Origin: an uncultured delta proteobacterium
Lineage (GTDB): Bacteria > Myxococcota > Kuafuiibacteriia > Kuafuiibacteriales > Kuafuiibacteriaceae
Direction of reading: 5' to 3'
Length of the DNA: 64,000 nt
Assembly: GCA_963803435.1 (NCBI GenBank)
Contig: CAWDML010000001.1
Span: 2,528,001-2,592,000 of the forward strand
Each line of letters starts with the position of its first letter. Within the stretch, counting starts at the first letter, position 1. Below, piece after piece: positions 1 through 14,225 of the stretch. The notes below the pieces were generated by a model, which saw only the letters and a program-made list of their open reading frames with translations, did not search any database and was not told where the DNA came from. The translations under genes were made by a program, and so were the position numbers.

Positions 1-55
1 CGACGATCATGAGCTCGATGAGCGTAAAGCCCTTGGACTTGTTGAGTTTCTTCAT
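1..55 (-). CDS. pilA: Type IVa major pilin, 5' end only (runs off window)
   Basis: Reverse complement of 1-55 reads MKKLNKSKG/FTLIELMIV: a basic leader, G|F prepilin cleavage site and E5. GAGGAAG RBS upstream; lies downstream of pilSR. Not in the ORF track because it is truncated. Confidence 0.9.
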   Translation of the reverse strand, partial: MKKLNKSKGFTLIELMIV

Positions 56-102
56 AGCGTCTTTCGTTCTTCCTCTCGGGTTGGCGTAACTCGAACCCTT
101 TA

Positions 103-119
103 CGCAGGCGACGTGCCAA
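103..119 (-). promoter_or_regulatory. sigma54 (-24/-12) promoter of pilA
   Basis: Minus strand TTGGCACGTCGCCTGCG matches TGGCAC-N5-(T/C)TGC about 50 bp upstream of the pilA ATG. pilA is sigma54/PilR-dependent in Myxococcus, Geobacter and Pseudomonas. Confidence 0.8.
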
Positions 120-146
120 GGCCGAGCCATCACCTTCCCGGGGCGG

Positions 147-185
147 TGCCAAGTTTCGTCATGATCGGGCTTACAAAGTTGGTCA
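147..185 (-). promoter_or_regulatory. Candidate PilR enhancer (two tandem imperfect sites)
   Basis: Minus strand TGACCAACTTTGTAA (171-185) and TGACGAAACTTGGCA (147-161), 24 bp apart, just upstream of the sigma54 promoter. Confidence 0.45.
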
Positions 186-231
186 CTCCGCCCAAGCGCG
201 TCAGGCCCGATGTGAGCCTCGCGGATACACG

Positions 232-3200
232 TCAGTCGCGGATCCGGAACGCCTGGATCTGCTCGGCGTTGAGCGGGCCCGTGTTGATGAAGAAGCTGGA
301 CACGCCGGGCGTGGCGCTCTCGCCGCGAACCGACGGGACGGCGTCGCGCGCGATCCGCTCCGAGAGCAGGTCGACGAAGTACCCGGTCCCCGCCGTGAGC
401 CCCACGAACACCCACCGTCCATTCTTCGTCTGGGCGCCGAGCCCGTTCTGCGTGTGGAGAATGTCGGGGGCGCGGCCTGAGAAGAGATCGACGGCCGCCA
501 GCCCGCTCCCGGGCGCGCCGAGGGCGTAGATGCGGTTCGGTCCGGCGAGCCCGCGGAACAGCTGCGGCTGGCCGAACGCCGGCATCCCCAGCGACGGCGT
601 GGTCGGCAAGCCGGTCTCGACGTCGGCGTACCAGTGGCCCACCGTCGAATGACTCACCAGCAGGTCGCCGGTGACCGGATCGAAGAGGACCCCCTGGACA
701 CCGTTGCCGGTCATGGTGGTGGCGGTGACGAAGAACTCGCAGCTGCCGTCCGACAGGTCGATCCGGAGGAAGCCCTCCTCACCCGCCGCGGAGTCGACCG
801 GCTTCCGCGTGAAGGCGTAGCGACCCCGGTCGTCGGTCCTCGGGGCGAAGGCGTCGCCGGCGCCGCCGAGCGTGGGATAGCGCGGGCAGGTCCCGACCAG
901 CGTCCCGCTCGGAAGGTCGATCACGTGGATGCCGAGCGGCGGCTGGTAGACGAGCCCGCGCGTCCCGTCGGGCACCACGCCGAAGTAGGTGGCGAGACCG
1001 GTGGCCCCGCCCACCGGGACGCGGCTCTGATCGCCGCTGGTGGTGTCCACGATGATCAGCTCGGGGGGCCCGGAGAAGGACAGCGCGTAGAGCGAGCCCT
1101 CCGAGGCCGACAGGCCGATCCCGTTGGTGATGTTCTCGGCGAGGATCGGCGGTTCCCGCTCGAGCACGGCGATCGCACCCGACGCCGCCTGACCCGCCGT
1201 TACGGTGACCGTGATCGGACCAGGATCGACCCCGGCGGGGACCGTCACACTCACCTGGCCGTCGGTGGAGGTGGCGCCGGTGCCCGCGGCACCGCCGGAG
1301 AACTGGACCTGGGTCACGCCGGCGAGGTGGCGCCCGAAGAGGACGAGCGTGTCGCCGGCCTCGATGAGGGAGTGGTCGAAGTCGTAGATGAGCGGTGACC
1401 CGTCGTCGATGATCAGGTCGCGCGCGGACACGGCGGTGCCCGCGGGATGGTGGACGCGCACGGCGCCCGTGATCGCGCCGGCGGGGACCGTCACGTCGAT
1501 CGATCGGTCGCGGACCCGCGTGGGCTGAACCGGAGTGGCCCCCTCGAACTCGACCGTCACCATTCCGCCGGTGTCCGTGGTGTCGAAGCCGTCCCCCACA
1601 ATCGTGACCGGGACGTCGCGCGCCGCCGGGTTCGGCCGGACCTCGTAGATGACCGGTCCGGACAGCACCACAAACGTGATGACCTCGTAGGAGGGGCCGC
1701 CGAGGACCGTCCTCACCTCGAGACGCCCGGTGCCGGCGCCCGGCGGGACCTGCGCGCAGACGACCTCCTGCCCAGGCAGGGCGAGCGCGCGCTCGTCGGC
1801 CGAGCAATTGCGCGCGATCGCGCCGACTCCGCCGATGAGAACGTCGCCGCCCGCAACGTCGAAGCCGACCACCGCGAAGACACCGCTCGTCCGCGCCGAC
1901 GAGGGCACGGCCCGGAGCAGCCGGGGCGGAGGGGATCACCTCGAACGCAACGCTCGACGTGACGGTGCGACCGCCCGAGATGACCGTGAGCGGACCGCTG
2001 GCGGCGTCGCGGGGGACGCGCACCACCAGGCGGCTGTCGCTGACGCTGGAGCTCACGGCGACCGCGATGGCACCGACGCCAAACTGTACGGACGTCGGGC
2101 TCCGGGGAAGGAAGTTGCGCCCGGTGATCGTCACGGGCGCCCCCACCCGTCCGGCCGGCGGTGCGATCGAGAGGATCACGGGGGAGAGGCCGGTCTGTGA
2201 GCCGGTGCATGCGGTCGGATCCTGGTCGGCGTTCGGAATGGTCGGGCAGGTGTCGGTGTCGTCGCGGACGCCGTCGGCGTCCGTATCGCTGTTCAGCGGG
2301 TTGGTGATGAAGCCGTCGAGGCCGGAGCTGAGCTCCTCGAGGTCCGAGAGGTTGTCGTTGTCGTCGTCGGTGTCGCTCTCGTCGGCGATGCCGTCGCCGT
2401 CGGTGTCGAAGCAGCCGAAGGGATCGTCCGGGAAGCGATCGATGGCGTCCGGGCAGCCATCGCCGTCGCGATCGCCGTCGGGGAAGGGGCTCGTCTCGCC
2501 GTCGAAGAGCGTGACGTGCAACAGGCCGATCACGCCCTCCTCCAGCACCGCCACGCCCTGGAGCTCGGCGCTGTGGTACCCGTCGTGCGTGAAGCGGGCG
2601 TGATAGACACCGGCGGGAACCGTGATCTGATAGCGGCCGGATCCGTCCGTGGTCGCCGGTCCGATCACCATGGAAGGATCGAGATCGCTGACGAAGCGGA
2701 TCTCGGTCCCATCGTGAGTGCCCTCGCCCGCGCCGAAGAGCGTCGCCTGGCCCGAGACCTGGACCAGCGGCGGATCTCCGGGCGTCATGATCAGATCCCG
2801 AGCCCGCACCGTCACGGCGGGCGACACCGTCACGCCCGAGGCGTAGGCGGGCCGATAGCCGGGCCGGAACGCGACCACGTCGAAGGTGCCCTCCGGAACG
2901 CTGGCGATCAGGAAGGTGCCGTCGGCCGACGTGATGCCCTTGAATGCGGTCGTCGCGATCACCACCACGGTACCGCCGGCCGCCACCGGTCCACCGGTCT
3001 CCTGCTCCAGCAGGACGCGACCCTCCAGCGCACCGTTCTCGCCGAGCCGGATCTCGTCGAGATCGATGATCTGCCCGTCGACCAGGATCTTGAACGGCGC
3101 CAACCGCCGGACCGCGGTCGGGAGCACGCCCGGCTGGAGCGGCTTGCGGATGTCGAGATAGATGTTCCGGCCGATCGGGAGGCGCTGCAGCATGAAACGG

Positions 3201-3403
3201 CCGTCGGGATCCGCGCTGATCCGCGTGTCCGTCCCCAGCTCGCGGATCAGCGCCCCCGACACGCCCGCCAGATCGCCGCTGGCCAGGCTTTGCTCGACGA
3301 CGACGCCCTCGACGAAGCCGCCCTCGCCCGGCGCTGGAAGGTCCTTGGGATTGCGGATACAGGCAGCGAGGATGAGCCCGAAGAGAGCGCTGCCGACGCG
3401 CAT
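232..3403 (-). CDS. Large lipoprotein: carboxypeptidase-regulatory-like beta domains, thrombospondin type-3 Ca-binding repeats, IPT/TIG domains, C-terminal beta-propeller-like region (single +1 indel near 1921)
   Basis: Lipobox LILAAC; DxDGDG and DTDDDND repeats; IPT motifs (GAPVTITGRNF, GDTLVLFGRHL). ORFs 779..3403 and 232..1908 join as IPSAPLLRAVPSS if one base is removed, giving ~1056 aa. Confidence 0.75.
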
Positions 3404-3446
3404 GGGGCTTCATACCACCGGTGTGCGCAGACCGGCACCCCTTCCG

Positions 3447-4379
3447 TCAGCCGGTGATACCGAGCGCGCCCTGGTCGTCCGGCTCGCGGATCGAGAGCCG
3501 GCCCACGCCGTCGAGCTGAACGTACTCCGACACGCCTTCGATGGCGTAGCCGAGCACGGTCCACACGTCGCTGCGCTTCCCTAGGATGATCGTCTCACCC
3601 GCAACCGCGCCACCGAAGACCGTCGTCCAGGTGAACGAGACATAGTCCTCGCAAGAGAACGGCGAGTCGGCGCAATCGTGGAGGTCGCGCTCATCGAGAT
3701 ACTGAACGTACGCGACCCCGTCCGGATGGTTGCTCCAGCGGACCATGGGCGCCTTGTGTCGATCGAAGGGACGCCCCAGGCAGCCCCGATTCTTCGCCGT
3801 CTCCGCAATCCACTCCGTGCGGTCGCGAAGCATGCCGTCCCAGAACATCCGGGCCTGGTCCCAGTGCCGATCGAAGTCACCGGCGTCGAGCGCCGCCAGC
3901 GCGGACTCGGCCACCTGCCTCGCGCTCTCCTCGGTGGCGCGGTCGCGGCGCCAGCCGGAGCGGCTGACGATCCGGCCCGAGCGCCGAAAGCGATGCGCGA
4001 CCCCGCAGGCGGTACACATGACCTCGTAGCACGAGAAGCCCGAGGGCGAGCGCTGGCGGCTGGGCCGGACGTTGCCGACGTCGGCCAGGATCTCCTGGGT
4101 GCTCACGCGGTACGGCTCCCCGCACGCCGGACACGCGAGGCGATTGATCCGCGCCACGAAGCGCCGGGTGCGGGGCCAGACCGCGACCAGGGCGCTGGTC
4201 CACAGCGCAGCGCCGGAGAAGACCAGCGAGAGCTTCATCATGAAGCCAGGCTCGAGCGCGAGCCCCAGGATCAAGCCGCCGAGCGCCGTGCCGAGCAGAC
4301 CGAATGCGCCGACCGTCTCGCGCACCAGCGCGCGGGACTCGATGCGATCCTCGGTCAGCTGGACCAGCTCGCGGCTCAT
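3447..4379 (-). CDS. Membrane protein with Zn-ribbon (CPAC/CTAC) and C-terminal DUF4019-like domain
   Basis: Two TM helices, CxxC...CxxC, then 'AESALAALDAGDFDRHWDQA...W.VLGY', typical of DUF4019. ATGA overlap with the upstream gene. Confidence 0.6.
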   Translation of the reverse strand: MSRELVQLTEDRIESRALVRETVGAFGLLGTALGGLILGLALEPGFMMKLSLVFSGAALWTSALVAVWPRTRRFVARINRLACPACGEPYRVSTQEILADVGNVRPSRQRSPSGFSCYEVMCTACGVAHRFRRSGRIVSRSGWRRDRATEESARQVAESALAALDAGDFDRHWDQARMFWDGMLRDRTEWIAETAKNRGCLGRPFDRHKAPMVRWSNHPDGVAYVQYLDERDLHDCADSPFSCEDYVSFTWTTVFGGAVAGETIILGKRSDVWTVLGYAIEGVSEYVQLDGVGRLSIREPDDQGALGITG

Positions 4380-4969
4380 GGCACGGAGACGCCCTGTGGG
4401 GCTCCCTTCTGCTTCAGCCGCTGCATGCGGAGCGAGGTGTCGGTCTCATCGGTCACGCCGTGCTTCTCCCGGAGCGCCTTCACCCGCGGGTTGGTGGCGA
4501 CCTCGATCCACAGGGGGTCCTCGCGCAATCGCATGTTGAGGCGGCCTTCGTTGGGCGGGATCTTCTCCATGAGATCGATCGCAGCCTCGAGATCACCCCG
4601 CTCCCGGAGAATGTTCGCGCGCTCGGCCATCGCGTCGAAGTCGTTCGGATCGATCTCGAGCACCTTGGCGAACGTGCGATCGGCGTCGTCGAGCTTGCCG
4701 GCGGCGCGCTGCGCAATCCCGAGGTTCAGGTAGAGGCTGGGCTCGTCCGGATGTTTCCCGATCATCTCCTCGAGCCGCTCGATCGCGACGTCATAGTCGC
4801 CGTTGCGTCCAGCGGCGATGATCTCGTCGAGCTCCTTGTTGAGCTCGCCGCGTTCGGTCTTCTTCTCGTTGTCGGCGCTCGACTGGAGCCCAAGGGTGGC
4901 GAGAGCGCCGATGCCTCCCACCACCAGGACCAGCCATGCGCCCGCCGCGATCGGATGTTCCTTGATCAT
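4376..4969 (-). CDS. Tetratricopeptide-repeat protein with N-terminal anchor
   Basis: TPR patterns (YLNLGIAQRAAGKLDDADRTFAKVLEIDPND); ATGA overlap with pilR. Confidence 0.8.
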   Translation of the reverse strand: MIKEHPIAAGAWLVLVVGGIGALATLGLQSSADNEKKTERGELNKELDEIIAAGRNGDYDVAIERLEEMIGKHPDEPSLYLNLGIAQRAAGKLDDADRTFAKVLEIDPNDFDAMAERANILRERGDLEAAIDLMEKIPPNEGRLNMRLREDPLWIEVATNPRVKALREKHGVTDETDTSLRMQRLKQKGAPQGVSVP

Positions 4970-6372
4970 GTCTTCGACCCTCGACTCTTCTCGTACTTGG
5001 ACAGCTTGTACCGGAATTGCCGAAAAGACAGCCCCAGAAGCTCCGCCGCCTTGGTCTTCACCCCGCCTGCCTTTTCGAGCCCGCGCGCGATCAGCCCGTA
5101 CTCGAACTCCTCCACCAGGCGCTCCAGATCCACCCCCTCGTCCGGGAGGGGCTCATCGCTGGCCTCCAGGGAGAAGACTCGGGTGGGCCCCGACTCGGCA
5201 TGGACCACGTCCTTCGGGAGCTGCTCGACGCTGATCGTGCGGCCGGTCGCGAGTGCCACACCACGCTCGATCATGTTCTCGAGCTGGCGGACGTTGCCGG
5301 GGAAGGTGTACCCGAGGAGCTTCTCCATCGCCGCCGGATCGATCCCGGAGATCTCACGTCCGAACTCCTTCGCATACTTGTCGAGGAACGTCTGGACGAG
5401 CAGCGGTAGATCTTCGCGCCGCTGCCGGAGCGGCGGCATGTTGATCTCGACGACCTGCAGCCGATAGAAGAGGTCCTCGCGAAAGCGTCCCGCCCGCACC
5501 TCGGCCTCGAGGTCGCGGTTGGTGGCCGCGATGACCCGCACGTCGATGTCGACCTCGCTGACCGCGCCGATACGCTTCACCTTCCGCTCTTGCAGAACGC
5601 GGAGCAGCTTCGGTTGCAGCGCGATGGGGAGCTCCGCGATCTCGTCGAGGAACAGCGTGCCGCCCTCGGCCGCCTCGAAGAGGCCCTTCTTGTCGTCGTC
5701 GGCTCCGGTGAACGCACCCCTGACGTGTCCGAAGAGCTCCGACTCCATCAGATTCTCCGGAATGGCGCCGCAATTCACGGCGACGAACGCCTTGTTCCGA
5801 CGATCGCTGCCGTAATGGATCGCCTTGGCGGCGCGCTCCTTGCCGGTGCCGCTCTCACCGGTGACCAGCACGGTCGCCTTGAGCGGAGAGACGCGCCCGA
5901 TCATGTCGAGCACGTCCTGCATCACCTCGCTCTTGCCCGAGATTCCAGAGGCGCTGTAGCGCTCGAACAGCTGGCGGCGCAGGGCCTCGTTCTCCTCCTG
6001 CAGCTGTCGCTTGTTGATCGCCTGGGAGACCAGCACGCGAATGTCCGTCGCCAGGTGCGGCCCTTTCTCCAGATAGAACGAGGCCCCCTCCGAGATGGCG
6101 GTCTGCGCCTTCTCCCGGGTGCCGTAGGCGGTCATCACGATCACCTCGGGGAGGTTCGGGTGCGCTCGGGCGGCGCGGACCACCTCCATGCCATCACCGC
6201 CGGGCTCGAGGCGCAGGTCGCTGATCACCAGGTCGACGACCTCGGTATCGAGGACCTTGCGGGCCGACTCGACGTTCTTCGCCAGGTGGACGACGTGGCC
6301 CATCGCGGTGATCAGGACCTCGAGGACATCCCGCAGCCCGGCCTCGTCGTCCACGACCAGCACCCGTCCCAT
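4966..6372 (-). CDS. pilR: sigma54-dependent response regulator PilR (REC-AAA+-Fis HTH)
   Basis: Receiver (VVDDE, DLRL), Walker [15 protein letters not shown] motif, C-terminal '[20 protein letters not shown]'; follows pilS. Confidence 0.9.
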   Translation of the reverse strand: MGRVLVVDDEAGLRDVLEVLITAMGHVVHLAKNVESARKVLDTEVVDLVISDLRLEPGGDGMEVVRAARAHPNLPEVIVMTAYGTREKAQTAISEGASFYLEKGPHLATDIRVLVSQAINKRQLQEENEALRRQLFERYSASGISGKSEVMQDVLDMIGRVSPLKATVLVTGESGTGKERAAKAIHYGSDRRNKAFVAVNCGAIPENLMESELFGHVRGAFTGADDDKKGLFEAAEGGTLFLDEIAELPIALQPKLLRVLQERKVKRIGAVSEVDIDVRVIAATNRDLEAEVRAGRFREDLFYRLQVVEINMPPLRQRREDLPLLVQTFLDKYAKEFGREISGIDPAAMEKLLGYTFPGNVRQLENMIERGVALATGRTISVEQLPKDVVHAESGPTRVFSLEASDEPLPDEGVDLERLVEEFEYGLIARGLEKAGGVKTKAAELLGLSFRQFRYKLSKYEKSRGSKT

Positions 6373-6405
6373 CAGGATCTTCCTTCTCGCATTACGGCGG
6401 TCATC

Positions 6406-8181
6406 TCAAGCGATCGGCTCCAGCTCCGACGAGTTGCTGGTGTCGTCCCAGCCCTGGACGAGGTCCACGCTCCCGAGATCCGTCGGCAGGCGCACGCTCA
6501 CCTCGGTGCCCACTCCGACGTGGCTCTCGAACATCATGCTCCCGCCGTGGGACTCCACGATCGCGTGGGCGATCGCCAGCCCCAGCCCGGAGCCGCCCTG
6601 CTTGGTGGTGAAGAACGGATCGAACACGTTCTTGACCTGCTCGGGCGGGACACCCACACCGGTGTCGCGGACGACGAGCACAGCCTCGCCCTCGCGCTCG
6701 AAGGTGCGGATGGTGAGCGTCCCGCCCGCCCGCTTCATCGCCTCGCCGGCGTTCCGGATCAGGTTCCAGGTCACCTGCCGAACCTGGTCCTCGTCGATCG
6801 CCGCGACCAGGCCCTCCTGGAGCGCGAGGTCGATGCAAACGTTGGAGGAGGCCTCGAGACGGTACATCTCCACCACGGACCGGACCAGGGAGGAGAGATC
6901 GGCCTCCTTGGCCTCGAGCTCCCGCGGCTTCGCGAAGGAGAGGAAGTGGGTGATCAGGACGTTGAGGCGGTCGGCCTCCTTCACCACGTTGCTCATCAGG
7001 CGCTTCATCGCGACGGGCGGATCCAGCGACTGCTCGAGCACGTCGATCGAGGCGCACATGGAGGCGAGCGGATTGCGCACCTCATGGGCGAGGCCGGCGG
7101 CGAACTTGCCCACGGTGGCGAGGCGCTCGGCGCGCTCGACCGCCTCCTTGAGCCGCACGATGTCGGTGACGTCCTGGAACACGACGATGAACCCGGACCA
7201 CTCGGCACCGCCCGCCAGCGAGAGCGGCGCAAAGGAGAAGCCGATCTTGAGCACGGTGCCGTCGGGCGCCAGGTGTCCCCGCTCGTAGCGCCCGCGGGGG
7301 CGGCCGGAGCGGAACGGGTGCTCGGAGAGGCCGTGCTCCTGCCACGTGCGGCCCATGAACGGTACCGCGCCCATCAGGCGCTGTCCGACCAGCTGATCCC
7401 AGCTCATCCGCAGGATGACGAGCGCGGCGTCGTTGACGTAGCGGATGGTGAGCTCCTCATCGATCGTCATCAGCCCGGCAGGCAGCGAGCGAAGGATGGC
7501 GGCGTGCAGCTCCTCGAGCCGCTCGAGGTCGATCTTCTTCTCCGCGAGACGAAGATCGGTGATCCGCAGGCGCTCGGTCAGCGTGCTGGCCAGGAAGGCG
7601 ACCACGCCGATCCCGCCCGTGTGCATGACGAAGGCGAAGATCGCAGTGCTGGAGTCGACCCGCGGCAGCACGGCGACGATCCGCTCCACCTGCAGCAGGA
7701 TCACGGTCCCGAACAGGAGGAAGATGCAGACGGCGGCCATGACGGCGCCCCGGCGATACAGCGTGATGGCGGCGCCCAGCACCACGAAGACGTAGGCGAC
7801 CGTGAAGACCGATTCGATCCCGCCGGTCATCAGTACCAGGACCGAGACGATCGCCGTGTCGAGGACGATCTGGATGTAGCCGAGGAGCGGGACCAGCGCG
7901 CGATAGCGCAGCAAGCCCGCGTAGATCACGGAGACCAGATAGGCGGAGCCGATCAGCAGGTACTCCCAGTCCGAGACCTCCCGGACGCTGTGCGGTGGTC
8001 GCAGCTGCGCGATCACGAAGAGCGCCCCGAGCGAGAGGGTCACGATGACGACGCGGGCGATCGCGACGCTGACCAGCTTCCGCACCAGCGCATCGACCTG
8101 GAGCTGATCGGGGGGCGGGGTGAGGAGCGGAACGCCGCTGAGTGAGTGGCTCCGGCGCGCGATGTTGGGTGGGGAGACCAT
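6406..8181 (-). CDS. pilS: Sensor histidine kinase PilS
   Basis: Multi-TM N-terminus, PAS, H-box [11 protein letters not shown] boxes (NLIRNA, DTGVG, FFTTK, GSGLGL). Start estimated at ATG 8181; the ORF-track extension is out-of-frame pilC. Confidence 0.88.
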   Translation of the reverse strand: MVSPPNIARRSHSLSGVPLLTPPPDQLQVDALVRKLVSVAIARVVIVTLSLGALFVIAQLRPPHSVREVSDWEYLLIGSAYLVSVIYAGLLRYRALVPLLGYIQIVLDTAIVSVLVLMTGGIESVFTVAYVFVVLGAAITLYRRGAVMAAVCIFLLFGTVILLQVERIVAVLPRVDSSTAIFAFVMHTGGIGVVAFLASTLTERLRITDLRLAEKKIDLERLEELHAAILRSLPAGLMTIDEELTIRYVNDAALVILRMSWDQLVGQRLMGAVPFMGRTWQEHGLSEHPFRSGRPRGRYERGHLAPDGTVLKIGFSFAPLSLAGGAEWSGFIVVFQDVTDIVRLKEAVERAERLATVGKFAAGLAHEVRNPLASMCASIDVLEQSLDPPVAMKRLMSNVVKEADRLNVLITHFLSFAKPRELEAKEADLSSLVRSVVEMYRLEASSNVCIDLALQEGLVAAIDEDQVRQVTWNLIRNAGEAMKRAGGTLTIRTFEREGEAVLVVRDTGVGVPPEQVKNVFDPFFTTKQGGSGLGLAIAHAIVESHGGSMMFESHVGVGTEVSVRLPTDLGSVDLVQGWDDTSNSSELEPIA

Positions 8182-8210
8182 CGAGCGGGCGGCGGAGGGC
8201 CGCCATCCGC

Positions 8211-9415
<1,205 letters not shown>

Positions 9416-9514
9416 CTCGGCTCCTTCTACTCCGGCGGACGAACTAGTCTAGCGTCCCAGGTCACGGTCCGCAAAACGGTGGACTCGGCGTGGGTGTGGG
9501 GAATCTTCGCCCCA

Positions 9515-10646
<1,132 letters not shown>

Positions 10647-10667
10647 TGCGTCGCACTGTGCGGCTCG

Positions 10668-12401
<1,734 letters not shown>

Positions 12402-12437
12402 GCGAGGGGGGAGGCTAAACTCGCCCAGGTCGCGAGT

Positions 12438-13238
12438 CTAGTGGAGGCCGGCGACGCGTCTCATCGCTGCGCGGATTCTCGACACTTCCCCACCCGTCCA
12501 GAGCGCGAGCGCGAGCGCCGCCTGCTCGACGAGCATGCCGCGGCCGTCGGCGGCGGGGAGCCCGGCAGCCCGCGCACCAAGGGCGAGCGGGCTCTCGGTC
12601 TCGAGATCGCCGTACGCCAGGTCGAGGACGTAGGGTCGCGACGGCTCGTCGATCCACGTGGAGAGGATCTTCTTCGCCAGGGTGCGCTCGCCCGGGAGCG
12701 CCGAGACGACCAGGGTCGCCCCCTTGATCCGTCCCAGCCCGTGCGCGTGGGCGCCGGTGGTCGCGACCTGCTCCGCGTTTCGTCGGGCGCAGACATGGAT
12801 CTCCGTCGCGCCCGCTCGTGAGGCCGCCCAGGCGGCCGCTCGGGCGGCGCCGCCTGCGCCCAGGATCTGCACCCGCGCCAGCTGACCGGCCGGCAGCGCC
12901 TCGAGGACGCGCATCAGGCCGGGGCCGTCGGTGTTGTCGCCCTGGATCCGGCCGTCGTCAGAGAACGTGAGCGTGTTGACCGCGCCGATCTCCTGCGCAG
13001 TGGTGGAGGCGTGCGCGGAGAGCGCGAGGGCCTCGTGCTTGTACGGGATGGTGACGTTGCACCCGATGGCGCCCAGCGTTCGGAGCGCGGCCACCGCGCC
13101 GTGGAAGCAATCGGTGTCGGGGCAGGACACCGGTACGTACGCGATCTCCAGGTGGCACGCGCTGGCGGCGGCGGCGTGGAGAAGCGGCGACAGCGAGCGT
13201 GAGACGTCCCGGCCGAGGACGGCGAGCAGACGCCTCAT
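12438..13238 (-). CDS. aroE: Shikimate dehydrogenase
   Basis: SLSP, GCNVTIPYK, GAVNT, NTD, GAGGAA, DGRGMLVEQA motifs; aroE-pilB synteny as in Geobacter. Confidence 0.9.
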   Translation of the reverse strand: MRRLLAVLGRDVSRSLSPLLHAAAASACHLEIAYVPVSCPDTDCFHGAVAALRTLGAIGCNVTIPYKHEALALSAHASTTAQEIGAVNTLTFSDDGRIQGDNTDGPGLMRVLEALPAGQLARVQILGAGGAARAAAWAASRAGATEIHVCARRNAEQVATTGAHAHGLGRIKGATLVVSALPGERTLAKKILSTWIDEPSRPYVLDLAYGDLETESPLALGARAAGLPAADGRGMLVEQAALALALWTGGEVSRIRAAMRRVAGLH

Positions 13239-14164
13239 GCGCGCGTCAGCGCCCTCCGGGCGTGCTCGACGTCGTGGGCCAGCTGGGCCTTGAGCGCGTC
13301 GACGCCGTCGAAGCGGCGCTCCTCGCGCAGGCGCGCGATCAGCTCGACGCGGACCGCCGCTCCATACAGATCACCCTCCCAGTCGAGCAGGTAGCTCTCG
13401 ACCGTGACGTGGCGACCGCTGAAGGTCGGGCGCCGGCCGATGTTGGTCACCGAATCGACCCGCCGATCGCCGAGGTCGACCCGGCTCGCGTAGACGCCGT
13501 GCTCCGGCAAGAGCTCGTGGTCCGGCTCGACGTTGGCGGTCGGAAACCCAATCGTGCGCCCGCGGCGGTCGCCCGGGACGACCTTGCCGGTGACGGCGAA
13601 GGGCCGGCCGAGCAAGAGGGCCGCGCCCTCCACGTTGCCCTCGAGCAGGAGCTCGCGCACCCGGGTGGAGGACACCACCGCGCCGTCGAGGACGACGGGC
13701 GCCACCACGTCCACGGTGAACCCGAGCCCAGCGCCGGCCGCGGTCAGGTGGTCCGGATTGCCGCCGCGACCCTTGCCGTAGCTGAAGTTGAAGCCCACCA
13801 CGACCGAGACCGGGCGCAGGCGATCGAAGAGGAACCGCTCGACCCACTCGTCCGCAGTGACCTCCGCGAAGGCCGCGTCGAAGGGCTCCACCACCACCGA
13901 ATCGATCCCGTACGCGCGAAGGAGGCGCACGCGCTCCTCCAGGGACGTCAGCGTCCGTGGCGCCATTTTGGGCGCGAGGATCTTCGCGGGGTGCGGATCG
14001 AACGTGTATGCGACCGCCGGGAGGGCACGGCGAGCGGCGGCGGCCGTCGTGCGTGCGATCAGCGCCTGGTGCCCGACGTGGACGCCGTCGAACGCGCCGA
14101 GGGTGACGACCGAGCCCGCCAGCGGTTCCGGTAGCGAGCGAGCGCCATGCACCACGTGCTCCAC
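13235..14164 (-). CDS. ribF: Bifunctional riboflavin kinase/FAD synthetase
   Basis: GAFDGVHVGH, TFDPHP, VSSTRVR, GRTIGFPTAN, NIGRRPTF. Confidence 0.95.
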   Translation of the reverse strand: MEHVVHGARSLPEPLAGSVVTLGAFDGVHVGHQALIARTTAAAARRALPAVAYTFDPHPAKILAPKMAPRTLTSLEERVRLLRAYGIDSVVVEPFDAAFAEVTADEWVERFLFDRLRPVSVVVGFNFSYGKGRGGNPDHLTAAGAGLGFTVDVVAPVVLDGAVVSSTRVRELLLEGNVEGAALLLGRPFAVTGKVVPGDRRGRTIGFPTANVEPDHELLPEHGVYASRVDLGDRRVDSVTNIGRRPTFSGRHVTVESYLLDWEGDLYGAAVRVELIARLREERRFDGVDALKAQLAHDVEHARRALTRA

Positions 14165-14225
14165 CGGGGCGTATCAAAGGATGGCGCGCGCGAATCGGCA
14201 AGTCGATGTTGTAGAGTAGCCGCGC

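Noticed and set aside
136-152. Second sigma54 promoter (TTGGCACC) upstream of pilA
   Set aside because: No -12 GC at the right spacing; better explained as part of the candidate PilR box.
2230-2480. Short tandem GTCGTC/GTCGCC-type repeats
   Set aside because: Explained by Asp/Gly-rich thrombospondin type-3 Ca-binding codons.
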